Source of the DNA: SAR116 cluster bacterium AG-321-K23
Lineage (GTDB): Bacteria > Pseudomonadota > Alphaproteobacteria > Puniceispirillales > Marisalimonadaceae
Direction: 5' to 3'
Assembly (NCBI GenBank): GCA_003284565.1
Contig: QBXO01000003.1
Location: forward strand, 16,558-80,557
Length of the DNA stretch: 64,000 nt
The position numbers were made by a program, and so were the translations under genes. The notes under the pieces are model-generated. The model had not been told where the DNA came from and searched no databases. It saw only the letters and a list, made by a program, of their open reading frames with translations. Shown here one piece after another: positions 19,353-29,282 of this stretch. Position 1 is the stretch's first letter, and each line of letters starts with the position of its first letter.

Positions 19353-20627
19353 TTAGTAATCATTTATAAATTTATTTAAAGTTGAGACACTTTTCATAAA
19401 ATCTTTAATCTCCATTCTTTCATCAGGATTATGGGAACCCTTATCATTTCTGATAAAAATCATTCCTGTTTTAACACCTTGGTTAGAAAATATTGCTGCA
19501 TCATGAGTGGCGCCACTTGCTACTGAAACTCTTGAAAAACCAAGTGATTCGCTTGCATCTAAAAGTTTTTCTACAACTTCTTGATTACACTCAGCAGGAT
19601 CTGATTTGATCACATTGTCAAATTCAAAATGGACCCCCCTTTCTCTTTCTATTGTTTTACATTCAGACCTTAAAAGACCTTCTAATGCATCAAGAGTAGA
19701 AACATCTTGGCTTCTTGATTCAAAACTAAATAAAATTTCTCCAGGAATTCTAGACATGGCTTGATTATCAACATCAGTGTGAAAAATACCTGACGTTAGA
19801 ACAAGATCTCCACCATGTTGTTCTATTGTATTCCAATGATCATCCATTCGAGTAATTAAATCAGCTCCTGCAAAAACTGAATCTTTTCTTAAATACCTTG
19901 GAATAGTACCCGAATGTCCTGCGTCACCTTTACATCGTATTTTGTGATGTCTATAATTACCTCTAATTCCAGTGACTATTGCAATTGGCCAATCTTTATC
20001 TACAAGAATAGGTCCTTGTTCAATGTGTATCTCTATAAAAACTTCTATTTTTTGACCGTTAATTATAGGAATAGATTTTTTTATGACATCAAGTTTTGCC
20101 CCTGAGGCATCCATTGCTTTAGACAATTTATTGCCTGTAGTTCTATGAGTGGAATTTAAGTCTTCTAAAGATAACAAACCAAATAAGGCCTTCGACCCAA
20201 TACAATTTTTACCATACCAAGCACTTTCTTCACCTCGTAATACCAGAACCTTAACAGGTAAAGATGTTCTTATTTTTTTTTCTTTTAAATTTGCTAAAAT
20301 TAAAAAGCCTGCAACTATTCCCGCGAGACCGTCATAATTTCCACCTTGAGGAACTGAATCCATATGTGATCCAACAAGGATATAATTCGTTTCAATAGAC
20401 TTTTCTAACGAAAGAATTACATTTGCAGCATCGTCTTTTTCAATGTAAAAATCACATTCTTCTGCTAAATTTATCAAATAGTTTATACCTAGAGCCTCTC
20501 CAGTACCATACGATTCTCTTGATATTCCAATCTTATCTCTGGTCAATTCCTCTATATCAGAAAAAATTTTTATAGCTAATTCTTCTATCCATTGTTCTTC
20601 ATGTAAAGGAACTTTATCATTTACCAT
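19353..20627 (-). CDS. Zn-dependent N-carbamoyl-amino-acid amidohydrolase (hydantoinase/carbamoylase, M20 family)
   Basis: GSHMDSVPQGGNYDG, GEES, EIHIEQGP, GATHDA and SHNPDE. Confidence 0.88.
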   Translation of the reverse strand: MVNDKVPLHEEQWIEELAIKIFSDIEELTRDKIGISRESYGTGEALGINYLINLAEECDFYIEKDDAANVILSLEKSIETNYILVGSHMDSVPQGGNYDGLAGIVAGFLILANLKEKKIRTSLPVKVLVLRGEESAWYGKNCIGSKALFGLLSLEDLNSTHRTTGNKLSKAMDASGAKLDVIKKSIPIINGQKIEVFIEIHIEQGPILVDKDWPIAIVTGIRGNYRHHKIRCKGDAGHSGTIPRYLRKDSVFAGADLITRMDDHWNTIEQHGGDLVLTSGIFHTDVDNQAMSRIPGEILFSFESRSQDVSTLDALEGLLRSECKTIERERGVHFEFDNVIKSDPAECNQEVVEKLLDASESLGFSRVSVASGATHDAAIFSNQGVKTGMIFIRNDKGSHNPDERMEIKDFMKSVSTLNKFINDY

Positions 20628-20720
20628 TATGAACAAACCTCTCGTGTTTTTAATAAGTAGTATGTAATTTAACAATTAAAAAAATTAAAAGTTTTGCTCA
20701 GTTATAATATGAAATTATCA

Positions 20721-21470
20721 TTACCTGACAAAGACAAGTTTATCTTTGCTTGATTTTTCAGCATTGTAATTATAACCATCTATATCAAAGTTTTTTAAAT
20801 CTTCTTCTCTTTGCAAACGATTTTGTATTATGAAACGGGCCATGGCCCCTCTAGCATTTTTAGCATAAAAACTTATGATTTTTTCTTTACCATTTTTACG
20901 TTCCATAAAAATAGGAGTGATCACTTTTAACAATAAATTGTTATTATTTATTGCGTTGAAATATTCGTTAGAAGCGCAATTAACTAGAATTTTACTACCT
21001 ATTGTATTTGCATGTTGATTTAAGTTTTCAGAAATTTTATTACCCCAATATTCATACAAAGATGAACCATGTTGTCCTTTAAGTTTACTACCCATTTCTA
21101 ATCGATACGGTTCGATTTCGTCTAAAGGTCTAAGCAAACCATATAAGCCAGACAGAATTCTCAAATGTTTTTGAGCAAAATCTAGATCATCTTTTTTTAA
21201 TTTCTCAACACTTAATCCTTTATAAGTATCTCCCGCAAACGCAAAAGCTGCAGCCTTTTTTTGTTGATTCCCAAACTCATTGAACCTTTTTTTATTTAAT
21301 TCTGCCAAACTAGAACTAATACCCATCAAATTCTCTAATTCTTTTAAATTTAAGTTGCGAACAACATTTATTAACTCATCTACATTTTCTTTAAAATATG
21401 GTTCTGATACTTTTAATCCTTGAATCAAATTCATATTAAGTTTCTTTGCAGGTGAAACGACTACAATCAT
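20721..21470 (-). CDS. yaaA: Peroxide stress protein YaaA (UPF0246)
   Basis: SPAK, ILSGLYGLLRPLD, PYRLEMG, ASNEY and SFYAKNARG; ATG at 21470 after AAGGAG. Confidence 0.93.
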   Translation of the reverse strand: MIVVVSPAKKLNMNLIQGLKVSEPYFKENVDELINVVRNLNLKELENLMGISSSLAELNKKRFNEFGNQQKKAAAFAFAGDTYKGLSVEKLKKDDLDFAQKHLRILSGLYGLLRPLDEIEPYRLEMGSKLKGQHGSSLYEYWGNKISENLNQHANTIGSKILVNCASNEYFNAINNNNLLLKVITPIFMERKNGKEKIISFYAKNARGAMARFIIQNRLQREEDLKNFDIDGYNYNAEKSSKDKLVFVR

Positions 21471-21604
21471 AAATATCTCCTTTATATTTTTTAAAAATAG
21501 TGCATATCTAATAAAATGTCTAGGCGAGCCTGAGACACTTAATTGCATATTTAATGTTTATTGATTGATAACCAAAGTTTAATAAGTAAAAGATTGTTAT
21601 TATA

Positions 21605-22489
21605 ATGGGATTAAACTTTTCGAAACAATTTTTACCAATTTTCTTACTAATTCTTTTAATCTTAGTTTGGACTTCAGTATGGTCGTTATTTAAAATTGCT
21701 ATTGAAGCAATTCCACCACTTAGCTTTAGAGTAATCATTGGTATACCAGCTTTTGCTCTACTATTATTTCTCGGATTTAAAAAAGTTAAAACAGTCTATA
21801 TTCCCAAAAATGACTTCAAACCTATTCTATTAATTAGTTTTTTTAATGTGACATTATGGCAGGTTTTAATGCTCTATGGGATAAACATGCTTGGTGGAGG
21901 AAGAGCAGCAGTTTTAACATATACAATGCCAGTTTGGGCAACAATTTTTGCTTCTATGTTTGGTTATGAAAAAATTAATATTTCCATAATAATTTCACTA
22001 ATTTTTGGAATGATAGGAATATTTTTTCTATCTTTAGAAATAAATATTTTCGAAAATATGATTGGATTTCTTATCACTTTGTCAGCAGGTTTAAGCTGGG
22101 CGATAGGTACTATGATCGTAAAATATGGGGGAATTAAATCAGACGGATTAATTGTTGCAGGTTGGCAACAAATAATAGGTATAGTGCCTATAATACCCTT
22201 TGCATTATATTTTGATTTAAATAATTTTGGGTTAATAGATTATAAGCATATTTTAATAATTATATATGGTATATTTTTATCTAGTGCATACACATACTGG
22301 GCCTATTTTACTATATTACAAAAATTTTCAGTAAATGTTACATCTATATCTGTTATGGCTGTTCCAATTTTAGCCATTGTTGTTGATTATATTTTTGTGG
22401 GAGTAGAGTTCTCTAAATTTGATTTGCTAGCACTTATTTTTATTGTGTCTGGTATTTATGTAGTAGCTATGAAACCTTTTAACAAATAA
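21605..22489 (+). CDS. DMT/EamA family transporter
   Basis: About 10 TM segments, PPLSFR and LTYTMPVW. Confidence 0.85.
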   Translation: MGLNFSKQFLPIFLLILLILVWTSVWSLFKIAIEAIPPLSFRVIIGIPAFALLLFLGFKKVKTVYIPKNDFKPILLISFFNVTLWQVLMLYGINMLGGGRAAVLTYTMPVWATIFASMFGYEKINISIIISLIFGMIGIFFLSLEINIFENMIGFLITLSAGLSWAIGTMIVKYGGIKSDGLIVAGWQQIIGIVPIIPFALYFDLNNFGLIDYKHILIIIYGIFLSSAYTYWAYFTILQKFSVNVTSISVMAVPILAIVVDYIFVGVEFSKFDLLALIFIVSGIYVVAMKPFNK

Positions 22490-22494
22490 GTAAT

Positions 22495-22818
22495 CTAGTT
22501 AGTATAAAAGTTACTTAAATCTAAGTCTTTAGCGATCTGCATTTCTTTTATAGGTCCTCTAGAAATCTCAACTCTAGCTCCAGTTTCTCTTAATTTTTTT
22601 AAAATTTCTTCGCCAAACAATTTCCATGAATTTTCTTCAGAAGTTTTATCTGGCCAAATAGTCATTGAATATCTTTTTGTAACTGATATGTCGACTGATA
22701 ATCTAAAAAGCATTCCAGCAGCAAATCCTTTTGTTTTACCCAATTCAACTAAAAGACTTGATGCAGCTTCTTTTGAAAAATCATTCATAAATGTTAGCTT
22801 TACAATTCTTGCATACAA
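22495..22818 (-). CDS. Hypothetical protein (possible dimeric alpha/beta-barrel fold)
   Basis: 107-codon ORF with alternating beta/alpha pattern (MYARIVKLTF...YSMTIWPD); the fold is an inference. Confidence 0.6.
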   Translation of the reverse strand: MYARIVKLTFMNDFSKEAASSLLVELGKTKGFAAGMLFRLSVDISVTKRYSMTIWPDKTSEENSWKLFGEEILKKLRETGARVEISRGPIKEMQIAKDLDLSNFYTN

Positions 22819-22849
22819 TATTTAATATACTTTCCATTTTTTTATATTC

Positions 22850-22860
22850 ATGGCGGAGAG
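22850..22860. repeat. att-like direct repeat (copy of the tRNA-Ser 3' end)
   Basis: 11/11 identity with 23900-23910; GC-rich word in an AT-rich spacer. Confidence 0.7.
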
Positions 22861-23062
22861 AACCACCTCGATATTTAATTTTAACAATCTAATTAATTTA
22901 TATTTTATAGATTAATAGTTCTTCAGTCTACAAAAGTCTATTGGGATAAGTGTTTGATAAATTATTTATTGAAATAACACTTTTTGAATTACATATTAAG
23001 TAGTAAATGTAAGAAATAGACAATCTGTCCCCAAATAAAGAGAGTTAGAGAAGTTTATTGAA

Positions 23063-23455
23063 ATGCTAATTTTTTTACTCATAGTTCTAATAATATTTGG
23101 AAATTTGATTTATGCTTATCAATGTATTTTCCAAACACGCAAGTATATTGAGAAATATGGCTTTGGTGAAGGCAGCGCAATTATGACAAGACTTGTTGGT
23201 ACTTTTGCTGCTGGCTTTGCAATCACCCTAGTAATTGCATTACTCACTTCTATCGAAGGCGCTTGGTTACTATTCGTTTATGGTTTTGTGCAGGCATGTA
23301 TCGGCGCTTTTGTTTGCTTTCAAACCATCCATAGTTATTGGGGTTCTGTTGAAGGCGTAAAGACATCTGCTGAAGGGTACGTTGCACCTGCTATAATAGC
23401 ATTTTTAAACTTAATGGTGCTTGTTACTGGTTGGGACTTACTGTTTAAAATATAA
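23063..23455 (+). CDS. Small 4-TM membrane protein of unknown function (islet cargo)
   Basis: 130 aa with four hydrophobic segments. Confidence 0.75.
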   Translation: MLIFLLIVLIIFGNLIYAYQCIFQTRKYIEKYGFGEGSAIMTRLVGTFAAGFAITLVIALLTSIEGAWLLFVYGFVQACIGAFVCFQTIHSYWGSVEGVKTSAEGYVAPAIIAFLNLMVLVTGWDLLFKI

Positions 23456-23670
23456 CCGCTGAAAATCCTGATGATATGAATGAACCAGCTAACACTATTG
23501 TTATAAAAAGTTTACTTAATAAGTACAAATGTAAAAATTAACTTTTTTACTAAATTATCAGCAATATTTTTACTTTAATTAATTTTTTGATTTTTTATAA
23601 GCTGGTTTATTTAAAGTTTTTAAATCTTCGTGACGTAGATAACCTCTTCACACCCTCTTTATGATTTGCT

Positions 23671-23769
23671 CTAATTAGGTTTTTTTATGCCTGACAGATA
23701 TTTTGGAACTGCTTTTTGTTCAAAATATCTATCTACAAACTTTTCTATAATTTTTGATAGCCAATCCAC
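23671..23769 (-). CDS. Putative 32-aa microprotein (not in the ORF track)
   Basis: AAGGAG RBS, GTG at 23769, TAG at 23671: MDWLSKIIEKFVDRYFEQKAVPKYLSGIKKPN. Confidence 0.55.
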   Translation of the reverse strand: MDWLSKIIEKFVDRYFEQKAVPKYLSGIKKPN

Positions 23770-23900
23770 TATCTTTTTCTCCTTGAAAGTTTTAATCTTC
23801 AATTTTATTTAATTACAGTTTTATTACAATTTTATTACAAAGATTATAAAGTTTAATAGTTTTCTGAATATATTTGGGTGAAGTAAGAGAGTTATCTTAA

Positions 23901-23990
23901 TGGCGGAGAGGAAGGGATTCGAACCCTTGAGAGGCGTTAACCCCAACACGCTTTCCAGGCGTGCGCCTTAAACCGCTCGGCCACCCCTCC
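23901..23990 (-). tRNA. tRNA-Ser(GGA)
   Basis: GGAGGGGTGGCCGAGCGGTTTAAGGCG-CACGC-CTGGAAA-GCGTG, long variable arm, GGTTCGAATCC, encoded CCA; 90 nt. Confidence 0.97.
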
Positions 23991-24000
23991 AAAAATAAGG

Positions 24001-24029
24001 ACTTTACATCAACATTTTTTTTGGAGCAA
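24001..24029 (-). promoter_or_regulatory. Probable sigma70 promoter of tRNA-Ser
   Basis: TTGCTC-N17-TAAAGT ending 10 nt upstream of the tRNA 5' end. Confidence 0.5.
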
Positions 24030-24109
24030 GGTAATATAAGTAATTATTATATTGAAATATTTTTTATACATTTTAGATTAAGCTAAATGCATTAAAAAGG
24101 CACTGTAAA

Positions 24110-24466
24110 GTGATAATAGGACGAGTTTTAATTTTATTTGGAATATGTTCATTTATTCTTACCCTTGTAAGCAATTATTTAGATATTGTTTTTCAAGTAG
24201 AAGGTAAAAATGAAATTATACAATTAGGTCAATTTTGGTTCCATTTTTCACCTAATAGCCTTCAGATTGCAGAATCTTTTGTCAGCCGATATGTTGATCC
24301 TTGTTCGGCGTTAGATATTTTGGATTGTTCAGGGTTTATCTGGCATCCATTTATATCTTCTATATTGTTAATGCCTGCTGCACCTATATTAGCCCTATTG
24401 AGTTTTATTTTTATTGCTTTTGGACTTAAAAGATCAGTAAGAAAAAGAGAGAAACACAAAATTTGA
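24110..24466 (+). CDS. Hypothetical membrane protein
   Basis: N- and C-terminal TM helices; LGQFWF..SPNSLQ..SRYVDP..IWHP pattern. Confidence 0.7.
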   Translation: MIIGRVLILFGICSFILTLVSNYLDIVFQVEGKNEIIQLGQFWFHFSPNSLQIAESFVSRYVDPCSALDILDCSGFIWHPFISSILLMPAAPILALLSFIFIAFGLKRSVRKREKHKI

Positions 24467-24484
24467 TTATAGAGCTTATATAAG

Positions 24485-26287
24485 CTATTTATCCCCCATT
24501 TTTAATGCTTCGAAAAAAGCATTCTGAGGTATCTCAACACTTCCAAATTCTCTCATTCTTTTTTTGCCAGCTTTTTGTTTTTCAAGAAGTTTCTTTTTTC
24601 TAGTTATATCACCGCCATAACACTTTGCAGTAACATCTTTTCTCATAGCTGATATAGTTTCTCTTGCAATAACTTTCCCACCAATTGCTGCTTGTAACGC
24701 TACCTTGAATAGTTGTCTTGGTATAAGATCTTTCAATCTTGTGCAGATAGCCCGTCCTCTCGTTTCAGCCTGATCTCTGTGAGAAATCATTGCTAAAGCA
24801 TCAACAGAATCACCATTAACTAAGATTGAAACACGAACAAGGTCGCCTTTTTTATAATTATCAATTTGATAATCAAAGCTAGCATACCCTGATGTCATAC
24901 TTTTTAATTTATCATAAAAATCAAAAACAACTTCATTCAATGGTAATTTATAAACAACCATAGCTCTAGTACCAGCATAAGTAAGATCTATCTGCTCCCC
25001 TCTTCTTTCGGTACATAACGTTAGAACTGAGCCAACATATTCATCCGGAACTAAAATAGTTGCTTTAATCCATGGCTCTTCAATGAAGTTTACATGATTT
25101 ACATCTGGTAAATCTGCAGGGTTATGAAGTAGTTCGCTTGTATTGTCATTTTTGTGAACTTTATAAACAACAGAAGGGGCTGTTGAAATTAATTCTAAAT
25201 TAAACTCCCTAGATAATCTCTCCCTGATAATTTCCATGTGTAAGAGTCCTAAAAATCCGCATCTAAAGCCAAATCCTAAAGCAGCTGATGTTTCAGCTTC
25301 AAAACTGAATGAGGCATCATTCAATGATAATTTACTTAATGCCTCTTTTAAATCAGAAAATTGAGCATTATCCATAGGAAATAAACCACAAAAAACAACT
25401 GGTACAGAAGGTTTGAAACCAGGTAACATAGTTTCGATAGGATTTCTTTCATCGGTAATAGTATCCCCTACTTTACAATCTGCGACAGTTTTAACTGAAG
25501 CTGTAATAAAACCGATTTCTCCAGGTCCTAGTTCGTCAACATTTACAATTTTAGGAGTGAATATACCAAGTTTTTCAATAGTGTGATTAACCTTTGTCGA
25601 CATAAATCGTATCTTTTGACCTTTTTTTAAGCTTCCATTAACAACTCTTACTAAAGTTAATACTCCTAAATAAGGATCATACCAACTATCAATTAAGAGA
25701 GCTTGCAAAGGGGCGTTGGGATTACCCTTAGGAGGAGCTAATTTTTCAACTAAAGAGGATAAAACCTCTTTAATGCCTTGTCCTGTTTTAGCTGAAACTT
25801 CAATCCCATCCTCTCCAGGCAAACCTATTACATCCTCAACCTGTTTTCTAATCCTATCTGGCTCAGAAGCAGGTAAATCGATTTTATTAAGTACTGTTAC
25901 AATTTCATGATCTGCATCTATTGCTTGATAAACATTTGCTAAGGTTTGTGCTTCTACCCCTTGTGAAGAATCTACTACAAGAAGTGATCCTTCACACGCT
26001 GAAAGAGATCTTGATACCTCATATGCAAAGTCTACATGACCAGGAGTATCCATTAAATTCAAAGTGTAAGTTATGTTGTCAGTGTGCTTGTACAACAACC
26101 TAACAGTCTGAGCTTTAATTGTTATACCTCTTTCCCTTTCAATTTCCATATTATCTAGAACCTGCTCTTTCATCTCTCTCTCAGATAAACCCTGACATTC
26201 TTGTATTAATCTATCCGCAAGAGTTGATTTACCGTGATCAATATGTGCTATAATTGAAAAATTCCTTATTAGGTTAATATCTGTCAT
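24485..26287 (-). CDS. lepA: Elongation factor 4 (LepA)
   Basis: [32 protein letters not shown] and [18 protein letters not shown]. Confidence 0.99.
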   Translation of the reverse strand: MTDINLIRNFSIIAHIDHGKSTLADRLIQECQGLSEREMKEQVLDNMEIERERGITIKAQTVRLLYKHTDNITYTLNLMDTPGHVDFAYEVSRSLSACEGSLLVVDSSQGVEAQTLANVYQAIDADHEIVTVLNKIDLPASEPDRIRKQVEDVIGLPGEDGIEVSAKTGQGIKEVLSSLVEKLAPPKGNPNAPLQALLIDSWYDPYLGVLTLVRVVNGSLKKGQKIRFMSTKVNHTIEKLGIFTPKIVNVDELGPGEIGFITASVKTVADCKVGDTITDERNPIETMLPGFKPSVPVVFCGLFPMDNAQFSDLKEALSKLSLNDASFSFEAETSAALGFGFRCGFLGLLHMEIIRERLSREFNLELISTAPSVVYKVHKNDNTSELLHNPADLPDVNHVNFIEEPWIKATILVPDEYVGSVLTLCTERRGEQIDLTYAGTRAMVVYKLPLNEVVFDFYDKLKSMTSGYASFDYQIDNYKKGDLVRVSILVNGDSVDALAMISHRDQAETRGRAICTRLKDLIPRQLFKVALQAAIGGKVIARETISAMRKDVTAKCYGGDITRKKKLLEKQKAGKKRMREFGSVEIPQNAFFEALKMGDK

Positions 26288-26421
26288 TAAGTTCCTACAA
26301 AAAATATTATGGATATATACTGCAAATTAGTTTTAAAAAACCTATTTTGCAATATCAAAAATCTATTGAAAACTCTAATAACTTGACTAAACAATCATAC
26401 AATTGATAATAATAATCTATT

Positions 26422-26514
26422 ATGTGTAAAAATTATAATTCAATTCCTATTGAGGTTCTAAATTTATTAAGAAACCCGTGCTCTGAGGAGCCCGGGATAA
26501 TTGTTACTAAATAG
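26422..26514 (+). promoter_or_regulatory. Putative leuA leader peptide (30 aa) with overlapping GC-rich hairpin
   Basis: MCKNYNSIPIEVLNLLRNPCSEEPGIIVTK*; Leu codons CTA-aat-TTA-TTA directly precede the hairpin CCCGtGCTC-tgag-GAGCcCGGG (26475-26496); TTGACT-N16-GATAAT upstream. Confidence 0.45.
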
Positions 26515-26554
26515 ACAAATTAAATTTTGAACTTAAAATAAAAGGTAAAGAATT

Positions 26555-28222
26555 ATGAAAAATAAATATGAAAAATACAGCGCCTATCCACCTGTAAAAA
26601 TTTCAAATAGAAAATGGCCTGATAACAATATAACTAGTGCACCAATTTGGTGTTCGGTAGATTTAAGAGATGGCAATCAAGCTTTGATAGAACCAATGGA
26701 CTCTGTCAGAAAAATGCGCATGTTTAAACATTTAGTCAACATTGGATTTAAGGAAATAGAAATTGGATTTCCCTCTGCCTCTGAAACAGATTTTAATTTT
26801 GTAAGAGAATTAATTACTGATAACCATATTCCAGAGGACGTTACCGTTCAGGTTTTAACTCAATCTAGAAAACCACTAATTGAAAAAACTGTCGAAAGTT
26901 TAAAAGATTGCAAAAACGCAATTATCCATCTTTACAATTCAACTAGCACCCTTCAAAGAGATGTCGTTTTCAAGGAAACCAAGGAAGGTGTAAAAAAAAT
27001 AGCAACAGACGGGGCTAAAATAATTTCAGATCAATTATTTAAACTAGAAAAATCTAATATTCGATTACAATATTCTCCAGAGAGCTTCACTGGAACAGAG
27101 TTACCATATGCACTAGAAGTTTGTGAGTCAGTTTTAGATGTTTGGGAAGCAAGTGAGCAAAATCCTGTCATAATAAATCTTCCTGCGACTGTTGAAATGT
27201 CTACTCCAAATATTCATGCTGACCAAATTGAGTGGATGGGACATAATTTTAGTAACAGAAAAAGAGTAATATTATCCCTTCATCCTCATAATGATCGCGG
27301 TACTGCAATAGCTGCAACTGAATTAGGAATAATGGCAGGTGCAGAAAGAGTTGAAGGGACTTTATTTGGAAATGGGGAAAGGACTGGCAACGTTGATCTT
27401 GTTACACTTGGACTAAATTTATTTACTCAAGGTATTAATCCTAAAATAGACTTTAGCAAGATAAATGATTTAATTGATACGGCTGAGTTTTGTAATAGAT
27501 TACCTGTTCATCAAAGACATCCATATGCAGGTACATTAGTACATACAGCCTTTTCTGGAAGTCATCAGGATGCAATAAGAAAAGGTATGGATATTATGGA
27601 AAAATCACCCTCAAAAAAATGGGCTGTTCCATATTTGCCAATTGACCCAGCTGATATTGGAAGAACTTATGAAGCCATAATTCGGGTTAATAGCCAATCT
27701 GGGAAAGGAGGTACAGCTTGGTTACTGGAAACAGACTATCAAATAAGATTGCCAAAAGGAGCAGAAGTTGAATTGTCATCAAAAGTACAAAAGATAGCAG
27801 ATGATACTGGTAATGAAATTACAAGTGATATTATTTGGAAAACTTTTAATGAGAATTTTATTCTGCAAAAACCATTTGAATTAATTGATTTCAAAGTTGA
27901 AGGCGCTAATAGAGAAAATAATCTCGAAATAATTAATGCTAAGGTTGGTTTCAAGGATAAATTGCATCAATTTTCTTCTCAAGGAAATGGGCCTATTTCA
28001 GCATTTGTTAATGGGATGAGAGAAAATTTTGACTTGCATTTTACATTAGAAGACTTTGGTCAAAATACTAGAAGCGCCACCTCAAAAGCTGAATCTGCTG
28101 CTTATGTTGAACTTAAAATCAATGATGGTAAGGACTCCATTTATGGATGTGGAATTGATACTAGTATAACAGTAGCACCCATACTTGCAGTTATAAGCGC
28201 ACTAAACAAAATCAATATTTAA
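26555..28222 (+). CDS. leuA: 2-isopropylmalate synthase (yeast/actinobacterial-type LeuA)
   Basis: WCSVDLRDGNQAL, YSPESF, NLPATVE, HPHNDRG, GNGERTGN and FSGSHQDAI. Confidence 0.97.
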   Translation: MKNKYEKYSAYPPVKISNRKWPDNNITSAPIWCSVDLRDGNQALIEPMDSVRKMRMFKHLVNIGFKEIEIGFPSASETDFNFVRELITDNHIPEDVTVQVLTQSRKPLIEKTVESLKDCKNAIIHLYNSTSTLQRDVVFKETKEGVKKIATDGAKIISDQLFKLEKSNIRLQYSPESFTGTELPYALEVCESVLDVWEASEQNPVIINLPATVEMSTPNIHADQIEWMGHNFSNRKRVILSLHPHNDRGTAIAATELGIMAGAERVEGTLFGNGERTGNVDLVTLGLNLFTQGINPKIDFSKINDLIDTAEFCNRLPVHQRHPYAGTLVHTAFSGSHQDAIRKGMDIMEKSPSKKWAVPYLPIDPADIGRTYEAIIRVNSQSGKGGTAWLLETDYQIRLPKGAEVELSSKVQKIADDTGNEITSDIIWKTFNENFILQKPFELIDFKVEGANRENNLEIINAKVGFKDKLHQFSSQGNGPISAFVNGMRENFDLHFTLEDFGQNTRSATSKAESAAYVELKINDGKDSIYGCGIDTSITVAPILAVISALNKINI

Positions 28223-28228
28223 AGAAAA

Positions 28229-29134
28229 ATGACTCAAGAAGATCTTTATCTAGAAAGTAAAAAAGTTCTTAAAGTTTCTGGATTAAATTGTATAAGTTTT
28301 TTAAATAATATTTTAACATCTGATATTTCTAATCTTGTACCATTAGAGGCTATACCTTCAGCATTACTTTCTCCTCAAGGAAGGATCTTGTTTGATATTT
28401 TAGTAAGTCTAGATTTTCCAAATAATTCTCTAGATATGTCAATTCTTATTGAATATGACTTATTTTGTGAAGACGATCTAATTAAAAAGTTAAACATGTA
28501 TAACTTAAGGAAAGAGGTAAAGATTGAAAAAACTAATTATAATGTGTTTGTAACTATGAACTCAAAAAATTATAGCAATTCGTTAAACGATAGAAGATTT
28601 TTAATTTCAAATATTCATATCAACAGAATTTATAACAAAGATAAATCCATAAATTATATAAATAAGAGTAGTTCATCTAATTGGTACGATTTGATCAGAT
28701 ATAAAAATTGTATTCCTGAAGGAAATAAGGAAATTGAAATGAACACCACTCTTCCTATGGAAATTAATCTTGATTTGTTAGGAGGAATAAGTTTTGAAAA
28801 AGGGTGTTTTATTGGTCAAGAAGTAAATGCAAGAATAAAATACAGGGGCTTAGTAAAAAGAAAATATGTTCCTATTAGTTTTAAAGATAAAAATTTTTCA
28901 TTTTCTAATTTAGATAAAATTGATAAAAAAATTTTCCTAAAAGAACAAGAAATTGGCGAAGTTATTGCTTTGTCATTAAATGAGGTAAATAATGTTTGGT
29001 ACGGAATAGCTAAAATCAAGTTATCACATTTATATCTATTTGAAGAAAACAAGAAATTAAATTGTGAATTTTTTGGGTCTAAATTAAAAATTAATTTTCC
29101 TAATTATATGCTTCCTCTTCCAAGGAAAATCTAA
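28229..29134 (+). CDS. ygfZ: Folate-binding Fe-S repair protein YgfZ
   Basis: LLSPQGRILFD and signature KGCFIGQE. Confidence 0.9.
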   Translation: MTQEDLYLESKKVLKVSGLNCISFLNNILTSDISNLVPLEAIPSALLSPQGRILFDILVSLDFPNNSLDMSILIEYDLFCEDDLIKKLNMYNLRKEVKIEKTNYNVFVTMNSKNYSNSLNDRRFLISNIHINRIYNKDKSINYINKSSSSNWYDLIRYKNCIPEGNKEIEMNTTLPMEINLDLLGGISFEKGCFIGQEVNARIKYRGLVKRKYVPISFKDKNFSFSNLDKIDKKIFLKEQEIGEVIALSLNEVNNVWYGIAKIKLSHLYLFEENKKLNCEFFGSKLKINFPNYMLPLPRKI

Positions 29135-29282
29135 ACTTCTTAGATTGACAAATGTTGTGTTTAAATTTAATTGTTATTTTACGTCTTTATTATTATTTTT
29201 GATCTAATACAAATTTCATTTGTATTATGTAAAGTTATATTCTTATATAATCCTTTGTGATAAGATTAATTGGAGTTTAAAA

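Larger units (their letters stand above)
22850..23910. mobile_element. ~1 kb genomic islet or integrative-element remnant at the tRNA-Ser 3' end
   Basis: ATGGCGGAGAG at 22850-22860 is repeated at 23900-23910, the tRNA 3' end; no integrase remains. Confidence 0.6.
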
